Assembly: GCF_018350175.1 (NCBI RefSeq)
Contig: NC_058383.1
Coordinates: forward strand, 39,494,001-39,558,000
Source: Felis catus
Taxonomy: Eukaryota
DNA length: 64,000 nucleotides
Direction of reading: 5' to 3'
The notes below the pieces were generated by a model that was given only the letters and a program-made list of their open reading frames with translations, was not told where the DNA came from and did no database searches. Positions within the stretch are counted from its first letter, which is position 1; every line of letters begins with the position of its first letter. Both the position numbers and the translations under genes were made by a program. Shown one piece after another: positions 38,371 through 50,064 of the stretch.

Positions 38371-38851
38371 TGATGAGGGAGCATGAGGCAGACTGAGGGG
38401 CCAGGCACAAGCTAGCACACCCCCACCCCCAGGTGGGATATGTGTGATATTCCTTGGACACTCTGGACAAAAAAAAGAAAGGAAAAAAATGGTTAAACTG
38501 GTAAGTCTCCACCAGTTTACCAGAAGAAGGCAATCCTACAATAGCCTAAAGTCCAGGAACTCACTACTGTCTTAACGTTAATGCTTTGCTAGAGGAAAAA
38601 ACAACCTTAGTTTCACAATAGCTAGGCCTCCAATAATCTGTGAGTCGTTAGCATATGACAATCTCATTCTAGTAACTCCCTCTCCCCAACTCCGTAAAAT
38701 GGTCACCCCACACCTATAGTGCAGCTGTTCCTACCTATGGGTCCTGTCCCCATGCTTTAATAAAATTGCCTTTTTGCACCCAAGACGTCTAAGAATTCTT
38801 TCTTGGCCGTCAGTTCTGGACCTTCCCCCCCGTTACCCTAAAACCTCATCA
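38371..38851 (+). mobile_element. Solo retroviral LTR (481 bp, probably ERV1 class)
   Basis: Starts TGATGAGG and ends CCTCATCA (8-bp terminal inverted repeat, TG...CA); flanked by C-run duplications of 4-5 bp; internal AATAAA at 38759-38764; AT-richer than its flanks. Confidence 0.8.
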
Positions 38852-39811
38852 CCCCCCATTTCTACTTTGCAAAGATTCCTCTGGAGAGTGGATTTCATGG
38901 GAGCTAGTGAAGAGTACGGGCAAGGGAGGAGGGGGCAGTTGTCCAAGTGAGAGGTGAGGGCGGGGGCTAAGGAGAGGGGATAGAAAGGAACCAGGGTTGC
39001 TGGTGCTGCGGAGCAGGGGTTTTCAGTTGGGGCAGGGAGAGGTCTCAGCAGTCTTCCGGGTCCCTGGCTGTGAATAAACCGACTCTTCCCCAGCTTTTCT
39101 CCTCTGTCTTCCAAGGGAGAAGAGTCTGCCCCACCCTGGACCCTGCCAGGCCAGCTGGGCCCTCAGCACGGCCCCCACTGAGCTTGGGGGAGTGTGACAC
39201 GGCTGGGCTGAAGGCGCCCTGCAGTTCAGGCCTGTGTCCACAGGTGTTCATTGCCTGGGCCAAATCCAGGGAAGGTTTGAGGGCTTCAGAGAGAGCCGCT
39301 GGTTGGACAGATACACAAAGGCCCTTTGTCAAGGCCAGGGTGGTTTCAGGGAGGGCTGCCCTAGAGGCTAACCCCTCCCTGGACAGATTGGGGTTGGAGT
39401 CCCAACGTAGAGCTGGTGGCCCCAACAGCAGGAAAGGCCAGCATATACTAGGGTTGGATGGACCTCTGGAAATCATCCCTGTAAGGAAGCAGCTCGGAGA
39501 TGTGGGGCACGTGAGCACGCCTCGTCTGGGGATCCTGGGGCCTAACTTCTCTTCACTTCAGTTAGTCACCTCTGATTTCAGAGGTTGTGTTTGCAGTAAA
39601 TTGTGATAAATCAGAAATTCAGAGGCAGCTCTCAAACCGTCCTGGTCACCACCTCCCCCAAGTGCCAGTGACTGCAGAGATGGACCCTCTTTGTCCTGCC
39701 CCAAGTCACTCCCACCCCTCCCCAACACATCCAGAAAAACTGATATTAACTATCCATTGAATACAAATTTCCTCCTCTGTGATTTGGGAACATTAAGAGG
39801 TCCTCCCTCAA

Positions 39812-40030
39812 GGGGCGCCTGGGGGGCGCAGTCGGTTAAGCGTCCGACTTCAGCCAGGTCACGATCTCGCAGTCCGTGAGTTCGAGCCCCGCGTCAGGCT
39901 CTGGGCTGATGGCTCAGAGCCTGGAGCCTGTTTCCGATTCTGTGTCTCCCTCTCTCTCTGCCCCTTCCCCGTTCATGCTCTGTCTCTCTCTGTCCCAAAA
40001 ATAAATAAACGTTGAAAAAAAAAAAAAAAA
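39812..40030 (+). mobile_element. Young felid CAN-SINE upstream of NOXO1
   Basis: Full length; perfect 15-bp TSD aagaggtcctccctc (39795-39809 and 40029-40043). Confidence 0.96.
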
Positions 40031-40486
40031 GAGGTCCTCCCTCCAACATGAATATTAAGCCAAACAACGTTCACAAAGCTCTTAGCACTGGGTGCTTGGT
40101 TCCAGACTTCCCAGGTGAGTTCAAAGACAGGTCATGGAGCACGCCCCGGAGGAGGACCTCCCTAGTCCCAGTTCCAGCAGCACAGGGCGTGGAAGAGCGG
40201 GAGAGGTAGGCCAGACCTGGCGGCACTTTGATGGCTTTCTTTTCCTCCTCCTTTCTGTGGCAGACTCAGGCCAGAGGGCCTCCAGCTACAGTCCCCACCC
40301 TCCACCGCCTCCTTGCCTCACCCCTGCCAACCCCGCTCCACCCCCCCCCCCCCCCCCCGCCCTCCCAACCAAGCCCTGTGTTGCTGTCCCTCCACCCAGA
40401 TCTTCTACTTTGGGCACTGTGAGGAAGCTGGGAAGGACAGAGGGCAGGGCAGTGCTACAAAGACCCCGCAGGTCTGGGACGTCCCT

Positions 40487-40496
40487 GGGGAATTCC
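40487..40496 (+). promoter_or_regulatory. NF-kB consensus site in the NOXO1 proximal promoter
   Basis: GGGGAATTCC fits GGGRNWYYCC and lies about 130 bp upstream of the ATG. Confidence 0.55.
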
Positions 40497-40624
40497 AATC
40501 AGTTTTCCGGGTGCTGGGGAGTCCCCCTCGCCCCTGTGAGCAAGGTCGCAGCGGGATTCTCACAGTGGGTCGCCGCCCTTGGCTAGCTCCAGAAGCCCAA
40601 GTCCGTGACTCGGGAGGCACAGCG

Positions 40625-42724
40625 ATGGCAGGCCCCCGGCACCCCGTGTCGGTATGCACACTGGCCCTAGTGCAGACAGAGCGGCATCAGGTATGGCCGG
40701 GTGGGTACCTGCCAGCCCCAAGGAAGGAGGGAATTCCTGGCCCAGCCCCTCCAATGTTTCTCCCAACAGACATTTGCCTTCTCTGTGAGCTGGTCGGACG
40801 ACAGCGACACCTTTGTGCGCAGGAGCTGGGATGAGTTCAAGACACTCCACGTGAGTGAGCCTGGGGGACCCCGAATCCCCGGCAGCAAGACCCACCAATG
40901 ACCCCTGTCTGGGCGTTTGCCCTTGCCCCCACAAGGGCGTCCAGCCCCTACGACCATCCCAAGGGAACCCCACCCCCCGAAGGGAACCGGTGGACTCTCA
41001 GAGACCGATTCGCCGGTTCTCCCTCAGAAGACCCTCAAGGAAACCTTCCCGGTAGAGGCGGGCCTGCTGCGGAGATCAGACCGCGTTCTCCCCAAGCTTC
41101 GCGGTGAGGCCGGCAGGGATCCCGGGAGGGGCGGGGCGCCAGCGGCGCGGCTGAGAGAACCCTGGGGCAGGGGTCCCACAGCCTGTTCCTGTCTTGCCCC
41201 CAGACGCATCGCTGTTGGTGCGCGGGGGGCGCACCGGTCGTGGCCTAGCGCGCCTGCGGCTGCTGGAGACCTACTCGCGGGAGTTGCTGGGGGCGGCGGA
41301 GCGCGTGTCCCGGAGCCCGGCGCTCACCGGTTTCTTTGCGCCGCAACCCCTGGACCTGGAGCCCACACTGCCACCTGGCAGGTGCCTGACTCGCCCCCAA
41401 CTCCCTGCCTGTGGAAGAACTTGGAGGCTGGGGGTGGCGGTGGTGGTGGGAAAGGCCTGTGGTGGGACCTACTAAGAGCTAAGGCTGGGCAGACTGGTGA
41501 GGGGTGACCTCTGACTTGCACCCACCGCCCTTCCCAGTCTGGTGATCCTGCCTGCCCCTGAAGAGCCCCCGCCCCGCCCACCGGACAGCCTCACCATCCG
41601 TAGCCTGGAGGCTCAGAGCCTGCGCTGCCTGCAGCCTTTCAGCACCCAGGACATGCAGGGCCGGCCTTTCCAAGCACGGGCCCAGGAGGCCCTAGACGTG
41701 CTGCTGCGACACCCCTCAGGTAGGGCTGGACCGGACTGTGCAGACTCGACCACCTGCCTCCGGGACCTCAGCGGGCTTGGGGACCCGAACCCCCGCCCGC
41801 CTCTTGCCCACAGGCTGGTGGCTGGTGGCAAATGAAGACCAGCAGACAGCATGGTTTCCTGCTCCCTACCTGGAGGAAGCAGCCTTGGGCCAAGAGCAAC
41901 AACCCCTAGGGAGTGGTGGTATGCCAGTGCCCTCCTCCCCACCCTAAGCCACCTGCCATCTCTGGGCAGGCTGCAGCAAAGCTGAGTCACAGGAAACACC
42001 TAACAGATGGAGGAGATCGAGGACATGGGGCGACTAGGTGGTGGCAGTGACCCCATAGCACGTACTTGGTCCCCACAGTGAGCTGGAGCCCCAGTGGGTT
42101 TGCATGCTATCCATTACCAGGGGGATGCCTTAAGGTGATTCTGTGGGAGACCGCGAAGTGGGGACCCCGGCCTCTGTGGCCCTGCAAGTGACCCCGAGCG
42201 CCAATTCCCAGGGCCCCAATTCTGCACTGCCCTCGCCTATGAGAGCAGCCACGAGGATGAACTGTCCGTGCCCGCAGGGGCGCGCGTGCGCGTGCTGGAA
42301 ACATCCGACCGCGGCTGGTGGCTGTGCAGGTGAGTGGGGGCGGGGCTGGAGCTGGGCCCAGCTTGGGGCGGGGCAGGATCCAGGGCTGGCCAAACTCCGC
42401 CCTCCTCACAGGTTCGGCAGGCGCTCTGGTCTTCTCCCGGCCGTGCGGCTGCGACCGGAGGGCCTGGGCGCTCTCCTGAGTAGACCGGGGCTCCACCGCG
42501 AGGCCAACGGCGAGGAGATTAGAGTGGGAGAGGCCCAAGGCGCCCCTGAGACCTCCCAGGCCGCGACCCTTCCCCCTACCGTGCCGGCCCGCCCCACGCT
42601 GAGCGCCATTCAGAGCCGCTGCTGCACCATCACCCGCAGGGCACTGCTGCGCAAGGACCCCCTTGAGGGTGTGTGGAATTGCGCAGAGGGCAAGCCAAAC
42701 GCTCCAGACCCCGGGGAGGACTGA
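40625..42724 (+). CDS. NOXO1: NADPH oxidase organizer 1 (PX plus two SH3 domains), 372 aa, 8 exons
   Basis: Exons 40625-40690, 40770-40850, 41028-41103, 41204-41381, 41538-41719, 41814-41918, 42212-42329, 42412-42724; GT-AG, 1119 nt. Peptides [14 protein letters not shown]...[13 protein letters not shown]...GLLPAVRL. Confidence 0.96.
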
Positions 42725-42816
42725 TGCCAGCCACCACCATCAGTGCTGGGGGAGGAGCATGTGAGGGTGGGAGCCTTGGCGGGAAGGGCCAGGAAGCTAT
42801 ACTCCTCCATGGCCTG

Positions 42817-42822
42817 AGTAAA
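42817..42822 (+). terminator. Probable NOXO1 poly(A) signal, variant AGTAAA
   Basis: The only poly(A)-like hexamer on + between the NOXO1 and TBL3 stop codons. Confidence 0.45.
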
Positions 42823-42985
42823 GCTCTTCTGACTGATCCACACCTCGTGTCTGCCTGTACTTAGGGGCAGGGCCTTTTGGGTCTTGGCCAGGCCAGGGCA
42901 CAGGGGTGGGACCTGGGACCTGGGCTGAGACAAAGCCCCGACAGACACAGGGAATCAGGGTAGAAAAGTAATCTTTCAGCATGTT

Positions 42986-45900
42986 TCAGAGAGCAGAGGG
43001 GGCCACAGGCAGGGGGGGCAACTTCATGTTGTGCCACAGAAAGTCCAGGAAGGTGGCTGCCTGCAGTGTCCGGCTGAGTCGCTGAAAATGCCGCTCTGGA
43101 GGACAGAGAGACGTCAGGGGGTCTGGCCGGGCCGCGCCCTGTCCCGCCGGTCCCCTTACCCCCCCCACCTACCGGTGTAGGGTAGCAGGGCCTCGAGTGA
43201 GGCCTGCAGGCCCTGGTAGGCCAGGAGCTCTTCCGGGGCCTCGTGCCGCAGGAGCACACCCAGCACAGCCTGGGCTTCGTGGCAGTGCCTGGAGTTGGTG
43301 TTCCACGTGACACAGAAGCGCAGCAAGGCCTCTGTGGGTGACAAGGACAGTCAGACCTGCCCGCTGGCTGCCTTGCCCATACTGGCCACTGCCCAGCCTG
43401 CCCTCCCACCCGACCTTTCTGGTCTCGTCGCAGCTGCAGCACTGTGGCTCCCAGCTTCTCGCAGGCCTCGGGGTCCCTCCGGATGGCTGTGGGGGGCAGG
43501 GGAAGAGGGGAGACTGAGTCCCAGGGAAGGGGCACAAGATGGACCCAAGACCCCGTCTGTGTGGCCCAAGGCGGCACTGACCCTGGATAACAGTCAGCAC
43601 AGTGTGGGGCCGGTCCAGGGAGATGGCCAAGCCCAGTGCCCGCAGGTACCGTCTCTCATGGAGCAGGTTGTCCAGTTCTTGCTGCCTGGTGGGGGGGAAA
43701 ACAGGGTCACTGGGGGACCTGGCTGGGACCGAAAGCGGAGCCATCCGAGGGCTGACTCAGGAGTCAGCACCCTGGCCCGAAGCACCTGCTGGTGGTGAGC
43801 TGTGTTGCTGCTCCTGCCTCAGTTTGCCCATGCCATAAAGCATAGCTGAAACCTGTATACCCCACTCCAAGGGTGCGATACACGGGACGTGGTTGACACG
43901 GGGGTGGCACTCACGGGGGAGCTGGGCGAGGACCCCCACACTTACTTGACCACCTCCTCCTCCCGCTTGGCCTGCTCTTCTGCTTGCTCCTCTTCGGTCA
44001 CATCCTAGGGTCAGAGCGAGATCGGATCGGCACTAGCATGCAGCCCTGCACCTCCCACCACCCCCCCACCCGACCCCTGCCCCAAGCCTACATACCTTCC
44101 AGAGGATGACACAGGAGTCGCTAGCACCGGTAAGGGCACGGTCGTCCAGCCGGCTGCAGTGCAGCCCCCAGACTTTGTCCTCGTGGGCATCCAGAGTCTT
44201 CACACACTCGTTGCTCTTGATAGTCCAGAGCTTCACGAGACCATCAGAGCCGCTGGGGTCGGGATTGGGAGGGGGCTCAGTCCTGGGGCCCATCCGGCAG
44301 CAAACCCCCACCCGTATCCCCAGCCCCCGCACCTGGACAGCAGCTGTGTACCGCGGCTTACGAAGGCCACCTTCAGCACAGAAGCATCGTGCCCCTCGAA
44401 CGTCTGCGGGATGGGGCGGGTGAGGGGAGAGGATGTGAGCCGGCACCGGGGAGGGGGGGGCCGGGCCTGCGGTGGGGACAGCTTACCTTGAGGCAGCTGA
44501 AGTCCTGCAGCGCCCAGAGCTTGACGGTACCGTCAGCGGACGCGGTGGCCAGCACCTGGTCCATGGGCGAGAACTGGACACACCAGAGGCCGCGCCGGTG
44601 GCCTGAAAAGACGCCCAGCAGCTGGCACTGTGGCAGAGCCCAGAGCTTGGCCGTGCGGTCCTGTGAGCCCGTGGCCAGCAGCTTGTCGTTGGGGGCAACA
44701 GCCACACTGTTGATATCCTGGGGACGGGAGCAGGTGGCGACTCAGACTCCCATCCCGGCAAGGGCCCTGTCATACCCGTGCCCCGATGTGCCACGTGCTG
44801 TCACCTTGTCATGGCAGCGCTGTGTGGCCTGAGCCTGGAGAAGGACAGGACCGCTGTCCGAGGATGCACCCTTGGACAGCAGGGCTTCAGGGATAGGCCA
44901 CAGCTTCACGGTGCAGTCCTGGCTGCCCGTCACCAGGAAGGTCTCCTTCAGCCTGAGACCAGATTTGGGGTAGGGGGAGACACCTGCTGAGTCACGGCCA
45001 GCCCTGTCTACCAGGGCATCACAGCCTGAGTCTGCAGGATCATGGTCCCAACCAGGGGGACCGTTCCAGAATGCAGACAGCTTCTGGACAACCCCCACAT
45101 GCCTCTGGAACCACTTAATTCACACTCTCCACCACCTGCCCTGGGTCCACTGGAGTTGGTGACTTTGTCACAGTAACACCCCACCCGTCCCCAGCAGAAA
45201 ATGTCGTCTTCTTTTTTTAAATTTTTTTTTCAACGTTTTTTTTTTGTTTTTTTTTGGGACAGAGCAAGACAGAGCATGAATGGGGGAGGGGCAGAGAGAG
45301 AGGAAGACACAGAATCGGAAACAGGCTCCAGGCTCCGAGCCATCAGCCCAGAGCCTGACGCGGGGCTCGAACTCACGGACCGCGAGATCGTGACCTGGCT
45401 GAAGTCGGACGCTTAACCGACTGCGCCACCCAGGCGCCCCAGAAAATGTCTTCTTTGCCCGAGCCTTGCTCAGTGTCATTCTTTCTGATCTGAAACCTCC
45501 CTCCCCTTCCTAGTTTGTAAAGTTTACTTTGAGAGAGAGACAGAGAGACAGAGAGAGAGAAAGAAAGACAGCATGAGCAGGGGGAGGGGCAGAAAGAGAG
45601 GAAGAGAATCCCAAAAGGCTCCATACCACGGGGTTCAATCCCATGAACTATGAGATCAAGACCTGAGCTGAAATCAAGGATGGAGATTTAGCCGACTGAG
45701 CCACCCCGGCGCCCCAAGCCTCCCCACTTTTACTCACCCAGCCCCAAGACCACTTCTGAGGCGCCTCTACTTCCAATGGCAACCGGGGGTGCCCCTGGTG
45801 TGTTGTGATATATCCCCAGTCCTAAGCCTCAAAGATCAAGGCCAAAGCCTTCCCCCCACACATCCCCCTGAGCTGGGCCCCCATTAGCAGGGTTCTGCAA

Positions 45901-48900
45901 GAGCACGGACTCCAGCCCTGACCCACTACCTAGAGCAGCAGATCGTGCCCACGCTGTGCGTGTGCCCGGAGCCCTGAGCCACACAGGCCACCTTGCCAGC
46001 CTTGTTCATCCTCCAGATGCAGATGCTCTGATCCTGGGAACAAAAGGGGTGAGGACAGAGGCTGGGCTGGACTTTCCCACCTGGGACCCAAGCCTCCACA
46101 CCTCTCCAGATGCCTTACCTTGGCACAGCTGGCAAAGAGCCGCCCCTTCCGGAAGACATCCAGGGCCAGGACAATATCTGGGAGAAAGCAGAGAGAAAAC
46201 GGCCATCGATTACGGTAAAGGAGGGCAGCCCAGCCCAGGACGAAGCGCTGGGGGCATCAGCTCAGCTCGCTCACCGGTGTGGCCGTGGAGAATCTGGCAG
46301 GCCATTGTCTGGAGCTCAAACACTTTCAGGCTGGGGCTGTTGGAAGCCACGACGATGTGGGAGTCTTCGGGCCCGAGAAACCGGACGTCCAACACCTCCT
46401 CGCTGTAGCCGGCAAACTGGGGGTGGTGGTGGGGGGGGGACAGGAGGGACACAAGCCAGGGCCCGCATGAGTGGAGGGCCGGCCCCCGCAGGCCTCGGGC
46501 TCAGCAGGGGCGGAGCTCACCTGTTTCCGCAGCTGCAGGGAGCGAGCCTCGTAGAGCAGCAGGTTGTGGTCGGCGGTGACGCTGACCAGCAGGCCGGCGG
46601 AAGGGGCCAGAGCGCAGCGGGTCAGCTCCTGCTTGGGGCCCGGCAACTGCTGCTGTGTGTACACACACTGCCCGGAGGCCGCCTCCCACACGCGCAGCAG
46701 GCCTGCGTGGGGGCAGGGGTGCTGGGATTCGAGTCCACGGACCTCCCCCAGCCCCTGCTGCCCACCCTGGCCTGGCCCCGCACACCTTGGTCTCCGGCTG
46801 TCAGGAAGTGCAGGCCCTTGGACTTCACGCCCAGCTCCGGTGCCGGCTCCTCGGGCAACAGCACGGCGGCCTCCACACTCTGAGGATAAATAAGCAGGTC
46901 AGACAGGCAGACCCACCCTCTCCCTGCCCCCTTTACTGGCCCCGGCCCCCGGAGCCCCCACCTCAAACACTGGCACAGTCTTCGTGGCTTGGTGGGTCCG
47001 GAGGTCCCAGACAATGCAGATTTTGTCCCGGCCCGAGCTGGGGGGGAGGGGGGGGGGTGACAGCCACCTCAGTTCTCAAGGGTCAGCTGTAGCCCTCCAC
47101 TTCCCGTGTGGCCCAAGAGGCTGTCCGCTGACCTCAGCATGGAGTGGCCGTCCGCGCTGAAGGTCAGTGAGGTGACGGCACTGTAGTGCGCGGTCATCGT
47201 GGCCAGGCACGACTGGTCCTGTAGAGACCACACGCGGATGGTGGCGTCCACAGCCGAGGAAAAGAGCAGCAGGCGTGCGGGGTCCGGGTGGAAGGCCACC
47301 AAGCTGCAGGCACGTGGTGGGGTGGGGCAGGTGAGCTATGCCGCCCTGGGCCTAACGCCCCGCCCGCCCTGCCGGACCCCGACTCACTGTACGACCCCCG
47401 ATGACCCCCGAAAGTGGTGCGTCCCGTAGTGCCGCACGACGTCCCAGACACGCACTGCCCCGTCGCAGCCGCCTAGGGGAACGTGTTTGAAGTGAAGGGG
47501 CTGCTGTGCCCGAAGACCGCTGACCGTGCGCCCTCCAGCCGGCCCGGCCACCCAGTCAGGGCCCTACCTGTGGCTAGCAGCGTGGAGGTGGGGTCAAAGG
47601 CCATGGCGGCCACAGGGGCCGTGTGTATCGCCTTCCACAGGCGGGTGATGCTGCCCTCTCGCCAGGCCCACTGAGCCAGAAGCAGTGCCCGGCTGGCTGT
47701 CACCAGCACCTGGAGGAGGATGCGGTTCAGCTGGGCGTGTGGAGGCATGGCCACAGGTCCTCAAAGTTGGACCGAGAGGTGCCAGAGTCCGCCTCCCGTC
47801 CCTGCGCCACGTACCTCGTCGTCTGGGCTGAGATCGAAGGCGGTGATGTCCTCCTGGTCCTCCTAGAGGCGAGAGTTGACACACGGTACCGTGAGAACAG
47901 GCTGCCCCCACACCTGCCCCCTGCCCTGGCTCTCCCCATCCTCACCTGTTCCAGGCTCCGCAGCACAGCCCCCGAGGCCACGTCCAGGATGTTGACTCTG
48001 GTACCACAAACGCAGAAGAGATGCTGCCCAGTCTGGTCCAGCTGGTGACAGAAGGGTCTTAGCCAAGATAGCTCTCTGCAGCCCCTGCCTGCCCCCCCAC
48101 TCTGCCCCTCCCCGGGCTGGTACCTGCACCTTCCCGCCCTTGTAGAAAGGCTCAATCTTGCGCTCGACAGCATAGCTAGAGGGAGGACAGGGGGGGAAGA
48201 CGGTGAGTCACCCACCCCTTGGTCCCGGGTGCCAGCTCTGTGCTGGGTGCTCTCCCAACAGGACCCTGCCCTGGAGGAGATCCCAGGCAGAGGCATGGGA
48301 GGTCAGAGGTGGCTCTTCTGTCATCTTCTCCCAGCAGCACTGTGGGATGGGTGTTGGTTACCCCCATGTCACAGAGAACGGGACACCCGGAGCTGGGCAG
48401 TGATTCACGCCAGGTGTCAGGCAGGAGGACAGCAGCCCAGGCTTTCCAGATTCCCCAGAGCCCAGAAGGCTGTGCCTTGGGGGCCCCCTGCTGGCCGTGG
48501 GAGGCCAGCTCAGGGTACCAGCCTGGAGCAACAGCCATCTCCCAGGGCCCTCCAGTCCCAGGCCCAGGCCGCCCCTTCCCCAAGCCTGGCCCCTTCCTCC
48601 CACCCACGAAGTAGCCTTCATCTGTCGCCTCCTCCCCCCCCCCCCCCCCCCCCCCCGCTGCTGCTTCCATGCTGGTCCAGGCCACTGCACTCTCATCTGG
48701 ACAGCTGCTCCAACCTTTTCACCAGGCCCCTATCTCCCACCTCAAGGGCTGCTGCCAAAAAGGCCTTTCAGAACACACCTGCTTAGGTCACCACCTTACA
48801 GATTTCCGAGACCCTGGCTGGAGGAGCCTCTGCTGACCTTTTCTGTGTCACACAGGATGTTCCCTGCGTGTGGCTTGGGTCTCTCTTCCTGGACTTCAGT

Positions 48901-49604
48901 GGTGCCTGGCTAACTCCACTGGAGGGGAAGCCTGACAACCAAGATGAAATGGGAGTCCCCCAACCCCCGAACCCAGGTGGCTATCCTACAGAGATGTTCT
49001 TGGCACCAGGCGTTGCTCGTCACTACTAGTGACAGAAACGATGTGCTTGACATGTTTCTTCTATCACACCGAGCCCCCACGGAGGGAATGAGTCTGTCCG
49101 GTTCACCAGGATGGTCAGGGGATCTTGGGGAATGAATAAGCACAGGATGCGGGGCCTCCAGGGCCACGGCGGACCCGCCCATCTCCAGTCGTGTTGAAGA
49201 GGGACAGCGGGTGAAAGCCTCCAGGCCGCCTGCCCCAGAGTGGTTCTTCTCCCGGTACCTGAGGGTCGAGGCGTCCCGCTGCCGTCCAGGACCAGCCGCG
49301 ACTTGTGCTCAGCCCGACCCTTCCTCCTCTAGACTTTTTCATCCACAACTCCTAAGCCAGCTCCTGATGTAATAACCGAGGCTGGTCCCCCGACTTTGTA
49401 ATAACGCAGCCGCCACGACCCCTGCGGGGCAGTCCGCACACCGCCCTCAGGCTCTCCCCAGGCCCGAACGGGCGCCCGGTGCAGGGCGGGCGCATTTGCT
49501 ATTCCTGCTGCGAACCTCGCTCCCTCCCTGGGCGGCACCCGCAGCCGCAGCGCCCCGGCTCACTTGGCCTTGAAGCGACCCACTCCCGCCACGGGCTCCG
49601 CCAT
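42986..49604 (-). CDS. TBL3: Transducin beta-like protein 3 (UTP13, WD40, SSU processome), 800 aa, 22 exons
   Basis: Exons 49604-49564, 48175-48124, 48041-47946, 47862-47815, 47709-47568, 47472-47388, 47303-47133, 47037-46962, 46879-46786, 46702-46521, 46416-46275, 46177-46119, 46033-45930, 44952-44805, 44717-44487, 44403-44333, 44252-44096, 44004-43946, 43685-43582, 43486-43415, 43331-43173, 43095-42986. All GT-AG, 2403 nt in frame; multiple WD40 repeats and the Utp13 C-terminal domain. Confidence 0.96.
45211..45440 (-). mobile_element. Young felid CAN-SINE in TBL3 intron 13
   Basis: Full length; TSD agaaaatgtc (45196-45205 and 45441-45450). Confidence 0.95.
45515..45714 (-). mobile_element. 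Older CAN-SINE in TBL3 intron 13
   Basis: (AG)n segment, gagaatcccaaaaggctcc, head gagccaccccggcgcccc. Confidence 0.85.
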
Positions 49605-49830
49605 GTCGTCGTCGTCGCCGCCGCCGCCGCGTGAGGGAACCCGGCTCGCCACTTCTCACTGCCGGCGCGCTGCAGATGGCGTCACGGCCCACGACTATGG
49701 CGTCATCAGCACTGTGCGCTCGGCGCCATCTTTACTGTGGGCAGCTTCCGCGTAAGGAAGCGGAAGATGCGTTTCTGGCCTGGAGGGGCGGGGGTAGAGC
49801 GGCGTGGAGGCGGCTGCGGGCGTTGGGCAC
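49605..49830 (-). promoter_or_regulatory. TBL3 CpG-island promoter / 5' UTR with YY1 and ETS motifs
   Basis: CGCCATCTTT (49724-49733), AGATGGCG (49674-49681), cggaag cores near 49760. Confidence 0.65.
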
Positions 49831-50064
49831 AGATGGCAGTTACGGGGTTTGCACGCTGTTTGCCTTTTAGTGGAAATTTTAAAAGAGAGTCGTAGAAGAT
49901 GTTTACTAAACTGATCCCAAGACTCCTGCCCCCTCGGCATTCTGGGATTTGGGGGCAAGTGCGGTCGGGTGCGGTCAACTAGGTCCGGCCTCGGGGCTCA
50001 TGGTCTGGTGTGAGAGGTAACGCCCGTAAACGACTAGACCTCGTTAACTTCGGAGTCTCTCAAA

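Noticed and set aside
45211-45258. Idea that sense-oriented intronic SINEs lose their tail AATAAA (the TBL3 copy has none)
   Set aside because: The sense-oriented copy in NDUFB10 intron 1 keeps two AATAAA, so there is no consistent pattern; tail homogenisation explains it.
48634-48655. Long C/G homopolymers here and near 7761, 40345, 51894, 53683 and 54023
   Set aside because: Common in this kind of genome, error-prone in length, and not tied to any feature.
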